This document shows positions 35,750 to 48,733 of a stretch of 64,000 nucleotides of DNA, one piece after another. The DNA comes from Octopus sinensis (lineage: Eukaryota). The first letter of the stretch is position 1. Each line of letters opens with the position of its first letter. The stretch lies in contig NW_021836148.1 of assembly GCF_006345805.1 (NCBI RefSeq), positions 1 through 64,000 on the forward strand, read 5' to 3'. The position numbers and the translations under genes were made by a program. The notes beneath the pieces are model-generated. The model had not been told where the DNA came from and ran no database searches. It saw only the letters and a program-made list of their open reading frames with translations.

Positions 35750-36190
35750 TACTCTTATTTTTTTTTTACTTGTTTCAGTGATTTGACTGCGGCCATGCTG
35801 GAGCACCGCCTTTAGTTGACCAAATCGACCCTGGGACTTATTCTTTGTAAGCCCAGTACTTATTCTATCGGTCTCTTTTGCCGAACCGCTAAGTGACAGG
35901 GACGTAAACACACCAGCATCAGTTGTCAAGCGATGCTAGGGGGACAAACACAGACACACAAACACACACATATATATATACACATATATATATATACACA
36001 TATATATATACACATATATATATATACACATATATATATATACATATATACGACAGGCTTCTTTCAGTTTCCGTCTACCAAGGTCGGCCCCAGGGCTATA
36101 GCAGAAGACACTTGCCCAAGATGCCACGCAGTCGGACTGAACCCGGAACCATGTGGCTGGTTAGCAAGCTACTTACCACACAGCCACTGC
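35750..36190 (-). mobile_element. SINE A, full length with small deletion
   Basis: Homology. Confidence 0.92.
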
Positions 36191-36745
36191 TGCACCTGTA
36201 CCAAACATATTTCATTTAATTTCTTCAACCTGAGAATTTAGTAAGAGGTCGGTGTTGATGTTGATTTTAGCTCCAGGTCAACCTTTATCATGTAGACTTG
36301 TGATCAAAGACATTCCAGTTGTCTTCCTGTCTTTTTAGAGGTATGGGTATTTAGAACTAGACTTGCTTATTTATCCTACTCTTCTTTTGAGACAATAGAC
36401 TGTGATTTGAGAGATATTTGGCCATTATTTCTGGCAGACAGATTAACCACATAAAGATCCCTTCATTGATTCATGAGGCAAGCAGTTGATGCATTGGGCT
36501 TGCCTGCATAATCCTGTGATCATTTATATAAGAGTTTGAAAGAAATTAACTGAAGTCTATCTTAGCTTAAATCAGAAATATCAGGCATGTTAGAGCTTGA
36601 TAATGCAAACTTACAGAACACCCCTCAATGTTGCAGTACTCTTAATAGCTTTTACACTAACCTAAGGCATTTAATATATATTTACAGCTGCTGGTCTTGC
36701 ACCAAAATTTGAAACCAATATATTTTAATAGTTACTCATGTGAAG

Positions 36746-37082
36746 GTACATGGCTCAGTGGTTAAAGTGTCGAGCTTACAATCGTGAGGTTGTGAGTTTG
36801 AATCTCGGACTGGGCTGCATGTTGTGTTCTTGAGCAAGACACTTTATTTAACATTGCTCCAGTTCATTTAGCTGTAGAAATGAGTTGCGACATCACAGGT
36901 GCCAAGCTGTATCTGTTGTTGCCTTTCCCTTGGATAACACTGGTGGTGTGGAGAGGGGAGGCCAGTATGCATGGGCGACTGCTGGTCTTCCATAAACAAC
37001 CTTGCCCAGACTTGTGCCTGGGAGGGTAACTTTCTAGGTGCAATCCCACAGTCAGTCACGACCAAAGGGGGTCTCAATAGTC
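36746..37082 (+). mobile_element. tRNA-derived SINE C, full length
   Basis: tggctcagtggttaaagtg (A box)...gagtttgaatctc (B box)...tgttcttgagcaagacact. Confidence 0.8.
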
Positions 37083-37477
37083 AAAATAAGCTAGAGGTTA
37101 AGTGCTTTGGATATAGACAGCAAGAAGCCTTGGATGCAAAACATGGATCTAATCCTTCAAGTCAGTCAAGTGATACACTCTTCTGCTGCCATGTGTGTTC
37201 ACTGAGAAGGAGATAAAACTGGGAGTATAAAGATGAAGGAAGTCTGGTAGATGGATTGAGGTGTTTGGAGGATAACATTTGGGGGAAGAAAGGCCGAGTA
37301 GCGGAATGGGTACAATGAATCTGCTGAAGGAAACTGAGGAAGGCAAGGCAAGGGAAGAAGTGATGAAGTGTGTTTATATAAGATGCTTGATCTCACGCAG
37401 GAGATGGAAAACGAGCACAGCAAGTGAGAGAAAAGCAGATCTATCCAACCGTTGCCAGCATGGGAAAATGGATGACG

Positions 37478-37780
37478 AAGAAGAAGAAGAAGAAGAAGAA
37501 GAGAAGAAGAAGAAGAAGAAGAAGAAGAAGAAGAAGAAAGAAAGGAGATGATCATGATCAATATTTATGTATCTTGAAATCTCTTTGATGGTGGATAAGA
37601 AAGAATTTAGTTGTAGAGTTGCAAAAGAGCTTTCCTCCTCCTCTTCCTCCTCCTCCTCCTCCTCCTCCTCCTCCGTCCACCTCCACAATCGTCATTGCCG
37701 CTACTGCTGCTACTACTACTACATCTACTACAACAACAAATACTACTCCTACAACTACTACTACTACTACTACTACTAAA

Positions 37781-37831
<51 letters not shown>

Positions 37832-37900
37832 AATAATAATGATAATAATAATAATAATAATAATAATACTATGACTACTACTACTACTACTACTATCTCT
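37478..37900. repeat. Compound (GAA)n, (TCC)n, (TAC)n, (TAA)n microsatellites
   Basis: Direct reading. Confidence 0.9.
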
Positions 37901-38160
37901 ATAATTTTATTCATACGTAGGATACATTATAGTGATATAAATAGACTCCAGTACGATACAGTACTGCAGTTCCATCATCCCCAGGTGGATTAAAGGTAGA
38001 AAACAAAAACATTTTGGTAACATTTGAACTCAGACTGCAAAAGGTCACAATTAAATATCACATAGCATTATAGTGCATGTTCCAAATAAATAAAAACAAA
38101 AGTGACACTATCAAGTGCATTTGCACTGAAATATATACACTTTCTTTATTTGTGAGTGAT

Positions 38161-38645
38161 AGGCGCAGGAGTGGCTGAGTGGTAAGTAGCTTGCTTACCA
38201 ACCCCGTGGTTCCGGGTTCATTCCCACTACATAGCACTTTGGGCAAGTATTTTCTACTATAGCCTCAGGCTGACCAAAGCCTTGTGAGTGGATTTGGTAG
38301 ATGGAAACTGAAAGAAGCCTGTTGTATATATGTATATATTATATATATATATATATATCATAATAATAATGAAATTATTGTATGCAGTGCTCAAGTGCAC
38401 CACAACTTGTCAAAAGTGCGTATAAAGCATATATATATGTGTGTGTATATGTTTGTGTGTCTGTGTTTGACCCCCTAACATCGCTTGACAACTGATAGTG
38501 GTTTGTTTACGTCCCCGTTACTCAGCGGTTCGGCAAAAGAACCGATAGAATAATTACTAGGCTTCCAAAGAATAAATCCTGGGGTCGATTTGCTCAGCTA
38601 AAGGCGGTTCTCCAGTATGGCTGCAGTCAAATGACTGAAACAAGA
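38161..38645 (+). mobile_element. SINE A, full length
   Basis: Homology; ~90-bp extra sequence in the internal microsatellite. Confidence 0.9.
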
Positions 38646-38729
38646 GAAGAATTCATTTCAAACGGCAGTAGCATTGCATCAGCGCCAAAGTCTGCAAGAC
38701 ATATACATATGCTCAGGCCTATTCTTTTA

Positions 38730-38940
38730 CTTTTTTTCTTGTTTGTCATTTTACTGATGCCATGCTGGAGCATTGCCTCTTAGTCAAAGAAATCAACCCC
38801 AGGACTTATTCTTTGTAAGCTTGGTACTTATTCTATCAGTCGCTTTTGCTGAGCTGCTAAGTTATGGTGACATAAACACACCAATATCGGTTGTCAAGCG
38901 ATAGTGGGGGGAGGTAAACCCAGACACAAAAACACACACA
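38730..38940 (-). mobile_element. SINE A 3' half (5' half at 41443-41600)
   Basis: Homology. Confidence 0.8.
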
Positions 38941-38951
38941 TAAATATATAC

Positions 38952-39010
<59 letters not shown>

Positions 39011-39011
<1 letters not shown>

Positions 39012-39119
39012 CGGGAAGCTTTATGAAAATAGACAAAAGACGAAGGCAGGTGGAAAACAAACAAACAATTGTATTAGTATGGCGCTCAGGAAATATAAAT
39101 AAAACAAGTCTTTAACGTT
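39011..39119 (-). mobile_element. Penelope-like terminal remnant, from hammerhead stem III onward
   Basis: Reverse complement aacgttaaagacttg...ttcctgagcgccatactaatac, shared with 851-1030 and 52520-52670. Confidence 0.45.
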
Positions 39120-39122
39120 ATA

Positions 39123-41220
39123 TATGAAGGTAGCTGGAAAGTACTACAGGACAGCTTGCTGAGTGCCACAGACCAAGTCTGTGGATGGTGCAAAGTCCCT
39201 TCCAGACCTAGAGTTACGTGGTGGTGGAATAGTGCAGTAGACAAAGCCATTAGTGCAAAGAAACAGGCCTGGAGAGCCTGGAGGGATAGGGGTAGCAGGG
39301 AACCGTACCAAGTGGCCAAAAGGGAGGCCGAGCGGCAGGTATACATAGCCAAAGATATAGCAGAAAAGAAGAAGTTCGCCAATGTCCAGCGACATGAGGA
39401 CCAAAGAACTGAGGTATTTCGGATTGCTAGACAGTGTGTGAGAGAAAATAGTGATGTTACAGGAGAGAAATGTGTCCGCATGGATGATGGGGCACTTGCT
39501 TTTAATGTTGGTGAAAAGAAAGAGGCTTGGAGAAGCCATTATGAAAGACTGCTGAATGTGGAGAATGAATGGGAGGAAGAGAGCCTGCCAAATGTTGACC
39601 CAGTAGAGGGACCAGCTATCCAAATAGACAGCTCCCTTGTAGTTAAGGCAATTAAGGGTATGAAACCAGGTAAAGCCCCTGGCCCATCAGGTATCACTGC
39701 TGAGATGCTTAAAACAGCTGGTTATGTGGGCTATGGCCTAGTCACCCGCATCATAAACCAGGTAGTCCATAATGGAGTCATACCCAATGACTGGTGTAGC
39801 AGCACCATAGTCGATGCGGGAACTGGAGATTGACGAATGGCTAATAAGGGCTGTACAGGCTCTATACAGAGAGGCTGTCAGCAAGGTTAGGATTGGCAAC
39901 GAATATAGTGAAGAATTCCAGGTAGAAGTAGGTGTACACCAAGGCTCAGCCCTCAGTCCCCTTTTATTCATCATAGTCCTCCAGGCAATAACAGAGGAAC
40001 TCAAAACAGGTTGCCCCTGGGAGCTCCTCTATGCTGATGACCTGGCTCTCATAGCAGAATCACTACCGGAACTAGAAAAGAAATTTCAGGTGTGGAAACA
40101 AGGGTTAGAATCAAAGGACCTTAGAATAAATGTAGCGAAGACCAAAGTTATAGTAAGCAGAAAGGCGAACTCAGCACACACCCCATCGGGCAGGTGGCCC
40201 TGCTCAATCTGTAGGAAAGGTGTAGGTAGAAAACTCCATAAGATGCATCCAGTGTAAGCTATGGACGCATAAGAGGTGCAGCAACATCAAAGGGAAATTA
40301 ACTGATAAGATAACTTTCATGTGCGGCAGATGCACAGGGACAATAGACACCACAAATACTCAGAAAACAGATTCCATCACACTCCAGGGGGAGAAACTAG
40401 AAGTAGTTGATAGTTTCTGCTACCTGGGTGACCAAGTTAGTAGTGGAGGTGGATGCTCAGAGAGTGTCACCACTAGAATACGAATAGCCTGGGCAAAGTT
40501 TAGAAAGCTCCTACCCCTAGTGGCGACAAAGGGTCTCTCACTCAGAGTGAAAGGTAGATTGTATGATGCATGTGTGCGAACTGCCATGCTTCACAGCAGT
40601 GAAACATGGGCCGTGACTGCAGAGGACATGCGTAGACTTGAAAGAAATGAAGCTAGCATGATCCGCTGGATGTGTAATGTCAGTGTGAATGCACGACAGA
40701 GTGTAAGCACCCTGAGAGAAATGCTAGACATAAGAAGCATCAGATGCGGTGTGCAAGAGCGACGCTTGCGATGGTATGGTCATGTACTGCGGATGGATGA
40801 GGAGAGATGTGTGAAGAAGTGCCACACCCAAACAGTTGAAGGTATCAGGGGGAGAGGTAGACCCAGGAAGACATGGGATGAGGTAGTCAAGCATGACCTC
40901 AGAGCGTTGGGCCTCACTGAGGCAATGGTGAAGGACCGAGATCTCTGGAGATGTGCTGTGACTACAAAGACCCGGGACGTTTCCGGCTCCAGTTCCGCAT
41001 AGCCCCTGCCCATTCAAAGTACCTTGGATCCCGGAACGTCTCGCTGTGCTTGAGGAGACCTGTTGAGTCAAGTGCATGTACATGAACATCGAAACAAATA
41101 TCAATGGAAACAGTAGTTGTGATACCTGTGTCGGTGGCACATAAAAAGCACCATCCGAACGTGGCAGTTGCTAGCGTGGAAAACGGACGTTAAACGATGA
41201 TGATGATGATGATGATGATG
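39123..41220 (+). mobile_element. RTE LINE subfamily B, 5'-truncated, ~300-bp deletion in RT, intact 3' tail
   Basis: ORFs 39156-39833, 39814-40257 (HQGSALSP, LYADDL) and 40319-41002; (GAT)n tail. Confidence 0.95.
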
Positions 41221-41280
41221 ATATATATTTATACTTATATTTATATTTATATTTATATACATATACATATATATATACAT

Positions 41281-41393
41281 ATCATCATCGTTTAATGTCC
41301 GCTTTCCATGCTAGCATGGGTTGGATGATTTTGACTGAGGGCTGGTGAACCAGACAGCCGCACCAGGCTCCAATCTTGATCTGGCAGAGTTTC

Positions 41394-41395
<2 letters not shown>
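41281..41395 (-). mobile_element. RTE 3'-tail fragment
   Basis: Standard tail. Confidence 0.85.
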
Positions 41396-41434
<39 letters not shown>

Positions 41435-41442
41435 TATATATA

Positions 41443-41600
41443 CGATGGGCTTCTTTCAGTTTCTGTCTACCAAATTCACTCACAAGGCTTTGGTTGGCCT
41501 GAGGTTATAGTAGAAGACACTTACCCAAGGTATCATACAGTGGGACTGAACTCAGAATCATGTGGTTAGGAAGCAAGCTTCTTACCACACAGCCACTCCA
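41443..41600 (-). mobile_element. SINE A 5' half
   Basis: Homology up to cttaccacacagccactcc. Confidence 0.85.
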
Positions 41601-42521
41601 GCACTAGGAGTGGGTAGCCACAGCAAGACACACATCAGGTTTCCATTCATTTCCCAGCTCAGATAGACAGACACTCCAATCAAAGGATGAAGTGATAATA
41701 TTTTGTTTGACTATCAGATATTATATTAAACAATTATAGTTTACGTTAATAGATTCCCCGATTCAAAGCACTATATACAATTAATTAAGAAAGAAAAAAG
41801 AAGAAAAAAACAGAACTTAAAAAACTAAAAGGTTGAATATTGCAAGTAAACATTAGGTACTAACATCAATCAGACAACCAAATAACATAGTATTATTAAA
41901 TTTAACTACTTTGTACAACATGCCTGTTATTAAAAAAAAACAGTAAAATAAAAGATTAAATGAAAAAGTAGTATTAAATATTGATCCTGTAAAGAAAAAA
42001 GAGATGGTTTGATAAAGCAAAAAACATTAAATAAATCTTGTACAAGTGGGTACTGTTTAGTTCTTCTTCCTTGGTATATGATTTGATCATTATCTACTTG
42101 GTGTTTTATTTCTTGCTGACTAGTTTTGATAGACGTAGTAATTTGAGCTAATTATCACTGATTATTAAATTTTTGACAGTGAGGAGTTTCCCTGAGTGGC
42201 TGTGTGGTTAAGAAGCAGGTTTCAGGATAATGTTATTTTTGGTTTGATATCTTGCATAAAACCTCAGACAAGAGACTTTTACCATAACCTTTGAAATGGT
42301 AAATAACTCGTGAATGGAATTTGCAAACAAGAGACTCTGCAGAAGCATGTTGCATGTATAACTTGTGTAAAATTGCGTGAAACAGAGTGTGAGATAGAAT
42401 GCCTTCCATCAATTGTTCTGAAGCTCTGTGCTCTGAGTTCAAATCCTAACAACTGAAAAGAATTTTCTTCCTCCTCTTATCATCATCATCATCATTGCTG
42501 TTACCATTCTCCTCCTCTCCT

Positions 42522-42657
42522 GCTTCTTCTTCTTCTTCTTCTTCTTCTTCTTCTTCTTCTTCTTCTTCTTCTTCTTCTTCTTCTTCTTCTTCTTCTTCTT
42601 CTTCTTCTTCTTCTTCTTCTTCTTCTTCTTCTTCTTCTTCTTCTTCTTCTTCTTCTC
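42522..42657. repeat. Long perfect (TTC)n microsatellite
   Basis: Direct reading. Confidence 0.95.
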
Positions 42658-42959
42658 CTTCTTCTACTTCTGCTTCCTCTTCTTCCTCCTTCATCTTTTA
42701 CCACCATCCCACCACTGCTGCCATATTGCCTACCACCATCACTTCCACCATCTCCACCACCACTTCAACCATCCCCAACACCACCGTTTTTCGTAATTTC
42801 AATATTGGCAAAAATGTGCCAATCCAGGTGGCAGACAGGTGGAACTGTAAGAACATCAGACGACTGGATACCTTGTGGTATTTGTTATGGCTCAGAGTTC
42901 TGAGTTCACATCCCACCATGGTCTACTTGATCTGCAGCCTGTTTAAAACCAGCGCCAGA

Positions 42960-43410
42960 CATCTGGGATGCCTTTAGCAGAGTAGACCCTGTTGCAAGCA
43001 TTTGGACAGGGTCTCTGGTTTCAGAATACTTTCCCCTTGCTCCTTACCAATCCTGGAAGTTCTGTAAAGAGTCATCTGGGATGCCTTTAGCAGAAACACC
43101 CTGTTGCAAGCATTTGAACAGGGTCTCTGATTTCAGAATACTTCCCCCTTGCTCCTTACCAATCCTGGAAGTTCTGTAAAGAGTCATCTGGGATGCCTTT
43201 AGTAGAAACACCCTGTTGCAAGCATTTGGACAGGGTCTCTGGTTTCAGAATACTTTCCCCCTTGCTCCTTACCAATCCTGGAAGTTCTGTAAAGAGTCAT
43301 CTGGGATGCCTTTAGCAGAAACACCCTGTTGCAAGCATTTGGACAGGGTCTCTGGTTTCAGAATACTTTCCCCCTTGCTCCTTACCAATCCTGAAAGTCC
43401 TGTAAAGAAT
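42960..43410. repeat. Minisatellite, 4 x ~113 bp
   Basis: Unit starts catctgggatgcc at 42960, 43073, 43185 and 43298. Confidence 0.95.
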
Positions 43411-44914
43411 CATGTGCATAGAATTCTTTCTGGGCTCTGCAGTTTGATATACAAAAAAATATTTCAAATGGAAGTCAACCATTACATAAGACATCATTCC
43501 TACATAAATTTAAGTGTGTAATTGCATAATTGTTATATATTTTGCAATTCTTTTGTTATATCAAACCAGTGTTCTTCTCTATCTTTATTTCTTTGAAATT
43601 CAGAAGTTATTTGAACAAGTTCATTTGATATAACAGGAAATGACAGACTGGCTACTTAAAGTTTGAACTTAGATTTTATCTTAGTAGATATGTAATCAGA
43701 TCTGAAATTGAAAACATCAATCACTGTGCCTAATTTCAGCATCGTTTCAATTGAACCTCTACGTAAAATTTGAAACTTTAACAAAATGGCCGACACACTG
43801 AATATGAACTATGAAACTAAAATACTACTCAATAAGAAATAAAGTTGTGAAAAAAAAGTTGAAGTGAGAAGATGTGTCTTTTGGCAAATGTGAAAGAAGA
43901 GAAGATAACACATTCTTTGTGACAAGTCAAAGTATATTTTTCGTTTTTTTTTTTTTCACATTTTTATTTATTATTATTTTTTTTTCACTTTCTTTGCACC
44001 TTGAAGTAAAAGAATTTTTGTTTTCTTCCAGACAGAATGGATGTTACCTACTGTAATATTTTTAAAGTGGGGTTAAAGTTTATTAGATATTCGTGAGTTA
44101 TAATCTAGGATTAATGTTTCAGATTTAGAAGTGGAGAAATGTTTAAATTCAAACATGAAACTGACTTTAAGATTCTATTTATATATAAAATATAAAGGAT
44201 AAAGGTTACCTGTTAGGTTGTTGGAACAGAGTGTGAAGTTTATGAAAATAGTGGAAATGATGCTACATTTTCGTTAACTACTTCTATTAGAATGATTGGA
44301 CATAAGTAGCAGTATAAACTTCATGACTTATGTGTATGTATGTATATATGTATGCATGTTCTTATGCATGTATGTGTGTCGTTATTCAATTTATTTCAAA
44401 ATATCTTGTCAATAGAGGAAGAACCGGTTTCTAACCTAGATCCAAGATTCCTTCATTGGAATTTCAACATCAATAACAGGGTATGTATGTATGTATGTAT
44501 GTATGTATGGACTCCTAGCCTTTGTTAGGGCATTCTTCTAGGAGAAGGTAACTCAGGTAACTGGGATAACTCCGACATAAAACCTGTGGCTCAGTGGTTA
44601 CTGATGATGTTGACTTGTTCTTTTCGGATTATGGCTGCTGTTGCTTAGTGAGTGGGATTGATTCAGTGCACAGCCTTTCCTCACTTTAAAAAAAATCTTC
44701 TTGCACAGGCATTGCACAATAACAACATTGATTAAGCTTCGTGCAATGGCCATACTCGATAACGAGGGGGCAGCCACCATGTATGTATGCATGTATATAT
44801 GTATGTATGTATGTGAAGATTTGTATGTTTTATGTATGTATTCTCATGCATATAGTTGCATATCTTGACTTGTTCATATATACTTAAATGATAATGTATA
44901 TATATACTTAAATG

Positions 44915-46560
44915 GTAATGTCCTTGTTCAGTATTGGCATGGGTTGGACAGTTCGACAGGCTCCACTGAACCTATGTAGTGCATCACACATGGGCATGAT
45001 TTCTACAGCTGGATGCCTTTCCTAATGCCAACCACTACACTGTGTACTGAGTGCTTTTTTCATGGCACCAGCCACCAGGTAAGGTATGAGAGAAGCAGGT
45101 TGAAGCATAGAAGATACCTTGCTGTAGAGGAGTAACATGATATCTTATATTTTAGAAGAAAGGGTGGGAGTGATTGGATGAGGCTGGAAAGCAATAATAA
45201 TGTGATGATGAGGGGTTAGGATGTAGCTTCAAAGTTCAAGATGGATAGGCATGAGTTGAGCAGAGGGACCAGGAGTGAATGGGTGAGAAGGGGATATCTG
45301 TTAGTGCAGAACAGTAGAAAAGTAATGTTCTACATCTGTAATTTTTTCTCTAAATCTTTCACAGTCCTTGCTTCAGAAACTAATCCATCAGCATAGGGAA
45401 ACTCCATAAGTAACTGGCTTTGAAATCTTTTATTAACTCTGATAAATAGAAGGTGGCTGAGAGCAGAGTCTTGGTGGATGCCTGCTTGCACTCTGAATTC
45501 CTTAATATTACTCATTGCCAACATTCAGTTTGCTGGCTAAATTCTTGCATCCAGCTTGCACTTCTGTCACCCGTCAATCATTAACTCTTAGCTTAATTAG
45601 TGACCACCAGGCTATAATACTTTGTACAAGTCATTCTCCAGATCAATGAAAGCTTGATATAGAGGCTTACTCTTGATGAGGAACCTCTTGTGTTGTTGTC
45701 TCACCATGAAGAGAGCATCTGTGGTACTCCAGCCTGGGATGAATCCAAACTCCATCTCATCTAAGCAGATTCTTTACCTAATCAAATATGCTAAGGCTCC
45801 TTTAGTTACTTTCATAACTTTAGCTTGGTACCTCTGTAGTTGCTTCTTTGTAGATCATCTCTATAACAGCTGATGATTATATTGCTAAGCCAGTCATTAG
45901 GTATGACACAATCCTGTGTAACATGGTTTATTTTGTGGCTGCCTTTCTTGATATTCGTTCTGTCAGATATGTTCAGTGGTTCAATGATTATACTCAATAG
46001 ACCAGCAGTTTACCTTGACTTCATATCCTTAGAATGTCAATACGTCTAAAATGCTTCTATTTATTGCAAATGGCTTTTACAATACCCCTAAACTAGAAAT
46101 AGTAATAATGATTTAGTAACCTTGAACAACACAATGATAGCTACTTCAGTATTCCTGGAGGTTATGGACATGGCATAAGGAATGAAAAGGAAACAAAACT
46201 CTTGAAGTTTTGAGATAGAAGTACCCTAACTGATTGTAGTATTATCTTCAGTAAACCAGCCAGTCTATTGATCACATATCAATCAGGTGAAGGTGCAAAC
46301 CTTATAGACTGCATATTCATCAGGAAAAATATTGGAAACTGTTTGTAAGGACTTGGTATTTCTTCAATGAAGAATTTATTAGAACATAGACTAGGGATTA
46401 GCAACTTCAGGATAATTGCTAGACAGATTGAGATAATATGTGACAACTTGGTAAAGAAAGATATGGAAGAAGAAAATCTCCTGGTTGGAACTTGGTTTAC
46501 AGATGTACTTGTTCTTATGTATGATGAGAATAAGAGGATGATTTGTATGGGACCAAACTA
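44915..46560 (-). mobile_element. Old, decayed RTE: RT and 3' end on minus (44915-46010), APE fragment on plus (~46130-46560)
   Basis: GIHQDSALSHLLFI and VIPNDW...NYRGTKL on minus; GGYGHGIRNEKETKLLKF...LITYQSG...IDCI on plus. Confidence 0.7.
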
Positions 46561-46576
46561 CTATTTGTCACAGACT

Positions 46577-47095
46577 TATCATCATCATCATCATCATTTA
46601 GCGTCTGTTTTTCATGCTAGCATGGGTTGGACAGTTCAACTGGGGTCTGTGAAGCCAGAAGGCTGCATCAGGCCCAGTCTGATCTGGCAGTGTTTCTACG
46701 GCTGGATGCCCTTCCTAACGCCAACCACTCCACAAGTGTAGTGGGTGCTTTTTATGTGCCACCTGCACAGGTGCCAGACGGAGCTGGCAAACGGACATGA
46801 ACGGATGGTGCTTTTACATGCCACTGGCACGGAGGCCAGTCGGGGCGGTGCTGCCAACGACCACAAATGGATGGTGCTTTTTACGTGCCACCGACATGGG
46901 GACCAGGCGAGGCTGGCAACGGCCACAAACGGATGGTGCTTTTACGTCCCACCAGCATGGGGGCCAGGCGAGGCTGGCAACAGACACGAACGGATGGTGC
47001 TTTTACATGCTACCGGTACGGAGGCCAGTCGGGGCGGTGCTGGCAACGGCCACGAACGGATGGTGCTTTTTACGTGCCACCGGCACGGGGGCAGA
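46577..47095 (-). mobile_element. RTE 3'UTR fragment with 6 tandem ~60-nt modules
   Basis: Standard tail followed by repeated ggatggtgcttttac(a/g)tgccac. Confidence 0.9.
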
Positions 47096-47888
47096 CTTAT
47101 ATTTTGTGAATAAAATTTGATAGAGAGCAATTGCAAAGAAACCCGTAATTTATACGTATGCAAGGGTGTATGTATAAAATTATTCAGAATGTGAAATTAA
47201 GAAACTATAATGGCTCTGCTAAAGCCACTTGTTCTCACCCATCTGGATTATTGCTCTAGAATATGCACACCAAGGCATTAAATCAATGGTAGATTTTGTA
47301 GCAATCTTATACTGCTAAAATAAGCAGATGCAACAAGGATACTAAAAGAGGCTGAATGAATTATGGTTCTGGTTCCTGAAGTGAAGAGAGGGAAAACCTG
47401 CAGTGATTTATATATAGAATATTTTGAAAGGTCTACTAAACAAACTTTGGTGTTATGAGCTATAGTAACATCTGAAATAGACATCAGAGCACAGCATAGT
47501 AACAAAAGTCCTACACATGCTATCTAGAGTTAAAACTAAACACTACTATAGGTTAGGGGTTGAAAGCTCATTGGTTTTTCACTATACTACCAAAGAACTA
47601 AGGATGCTATATAAAGCAATAAAGATCTAAAGGTATTAAAAAAGAAAACCCCAGATGTTTTACTGTCTCAAATATGGATGAACTTACGTTGTGGCAAGAA
47701 ACAAGCATGAAAGAAGCAATATCAAACTTTGTCATTCACCAAACATCAACAATACTGAAGGAATGGGTGCAGCAGCAATAATGTCAGAGCCTTGGCATAC
47801 CCACATCCCTCCATTTGGAACTAGTAAAAGAGCTGCATATGCATATTAAGACAGACAGATACATACATACATACACACATATGCATAT

Positions 47889-47935
<47 letters not shown>

Positions 47936-47974
47936 CATACATACATACATACATACATAAGCACACATATGCAT

Positions 47975-48026
<52 letters not shown>

Positions 48027-48155
48027 TATAATTAAGGGCTAAAGAGGGTTATTCTAAAGCCAATACACTGATTTATCCACTTATAATCCGCTTGCTACAG
48101 GAGAATTGAAACTGAAAACGGGCAACTAACCTTTAGAAAATTTAAATTTCGTTAT

Positions 48156-48216
48156 CTCTATATTGAATCAATTTCGGAATTAATCTTATAAAAGATATAT
48201 TCTTTCTTCAGTAGAG
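48156..48216 (-). ncRNA. Type I hammerhead ribozyme, core intact
   Basis: CTCTA-CTGAAGA-aa-GAAT at ATCTT ttat AAGAT ta ATTC c-GAAA-TTGA T TCAA-TA-TAGAG; palindromic stem III ATTGA-T-TCAAT; AUA triplet; predicted cut at 48161/48160. Confidence 0.7.
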
Positions 48217-48672
48217 CTTTCGATGGGATATAAATAAAATACTCACGTATGATCATGGAAAAAGCACAAGCTAAAAACATAACTACACTTGAGTACATCA
48301 CTTATATCTAAAAATAAAAATTCTTTGGTCAGCCTCAGAAACAACGTCTTGACCTTCGCCGCTACAAATTGTAATGGTTACCAGTCCTCCCGTAGCAAGC
48401 AGCGAGTTTACTACTAACAATATAGGATGAAGTCCCTTTCTCTACAGAAAAGGAATCCATCAGGAAGCGTGGGCAGTATATTTAAAAAAACCGTTACGGT
48501 TGAAGTATAAACATCATATAATTAAGGGCTAAAGAGGGTTATTCTAAAGCCAATACACTGATTTATCCACTTTATTTTTAGATATAAGTGATGTACTCAA
48601 GTGTAGTTATGTTTTTAGCTTGTGCTTTTTCCATGATCATACATGAGTATTTTATTTATATCCCATCGAAAG

Positions 48673-48733
48673 CTCTACTGAAGAAAGAATATATCTTTTA
48701 TAAGATTAATTCCAAAATTGATTCAATATAGAG
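48673..48733 (+). ncRNA. Second copy of the same hammerhead with G12>A (48714), likely inactive
   Basis: Identical to the minus copy except ttccAaaattg. Confidence 0.6.

Noticed and set aside
42985-43340. GTTGCAAGC in the 113-bp repeat as a twister ribozyme loop
   Set aside because: The required P4 closing pairs, P2 and pseudoknot partners were not found.
6921-48470. Shared 14-mer ccatcaggaagcgt between the three-hairpin repeat and the 490-bp unit
   Set aside because: A single 14-mer match is expected by chance in 64 kb, and there is no flanking similarity.
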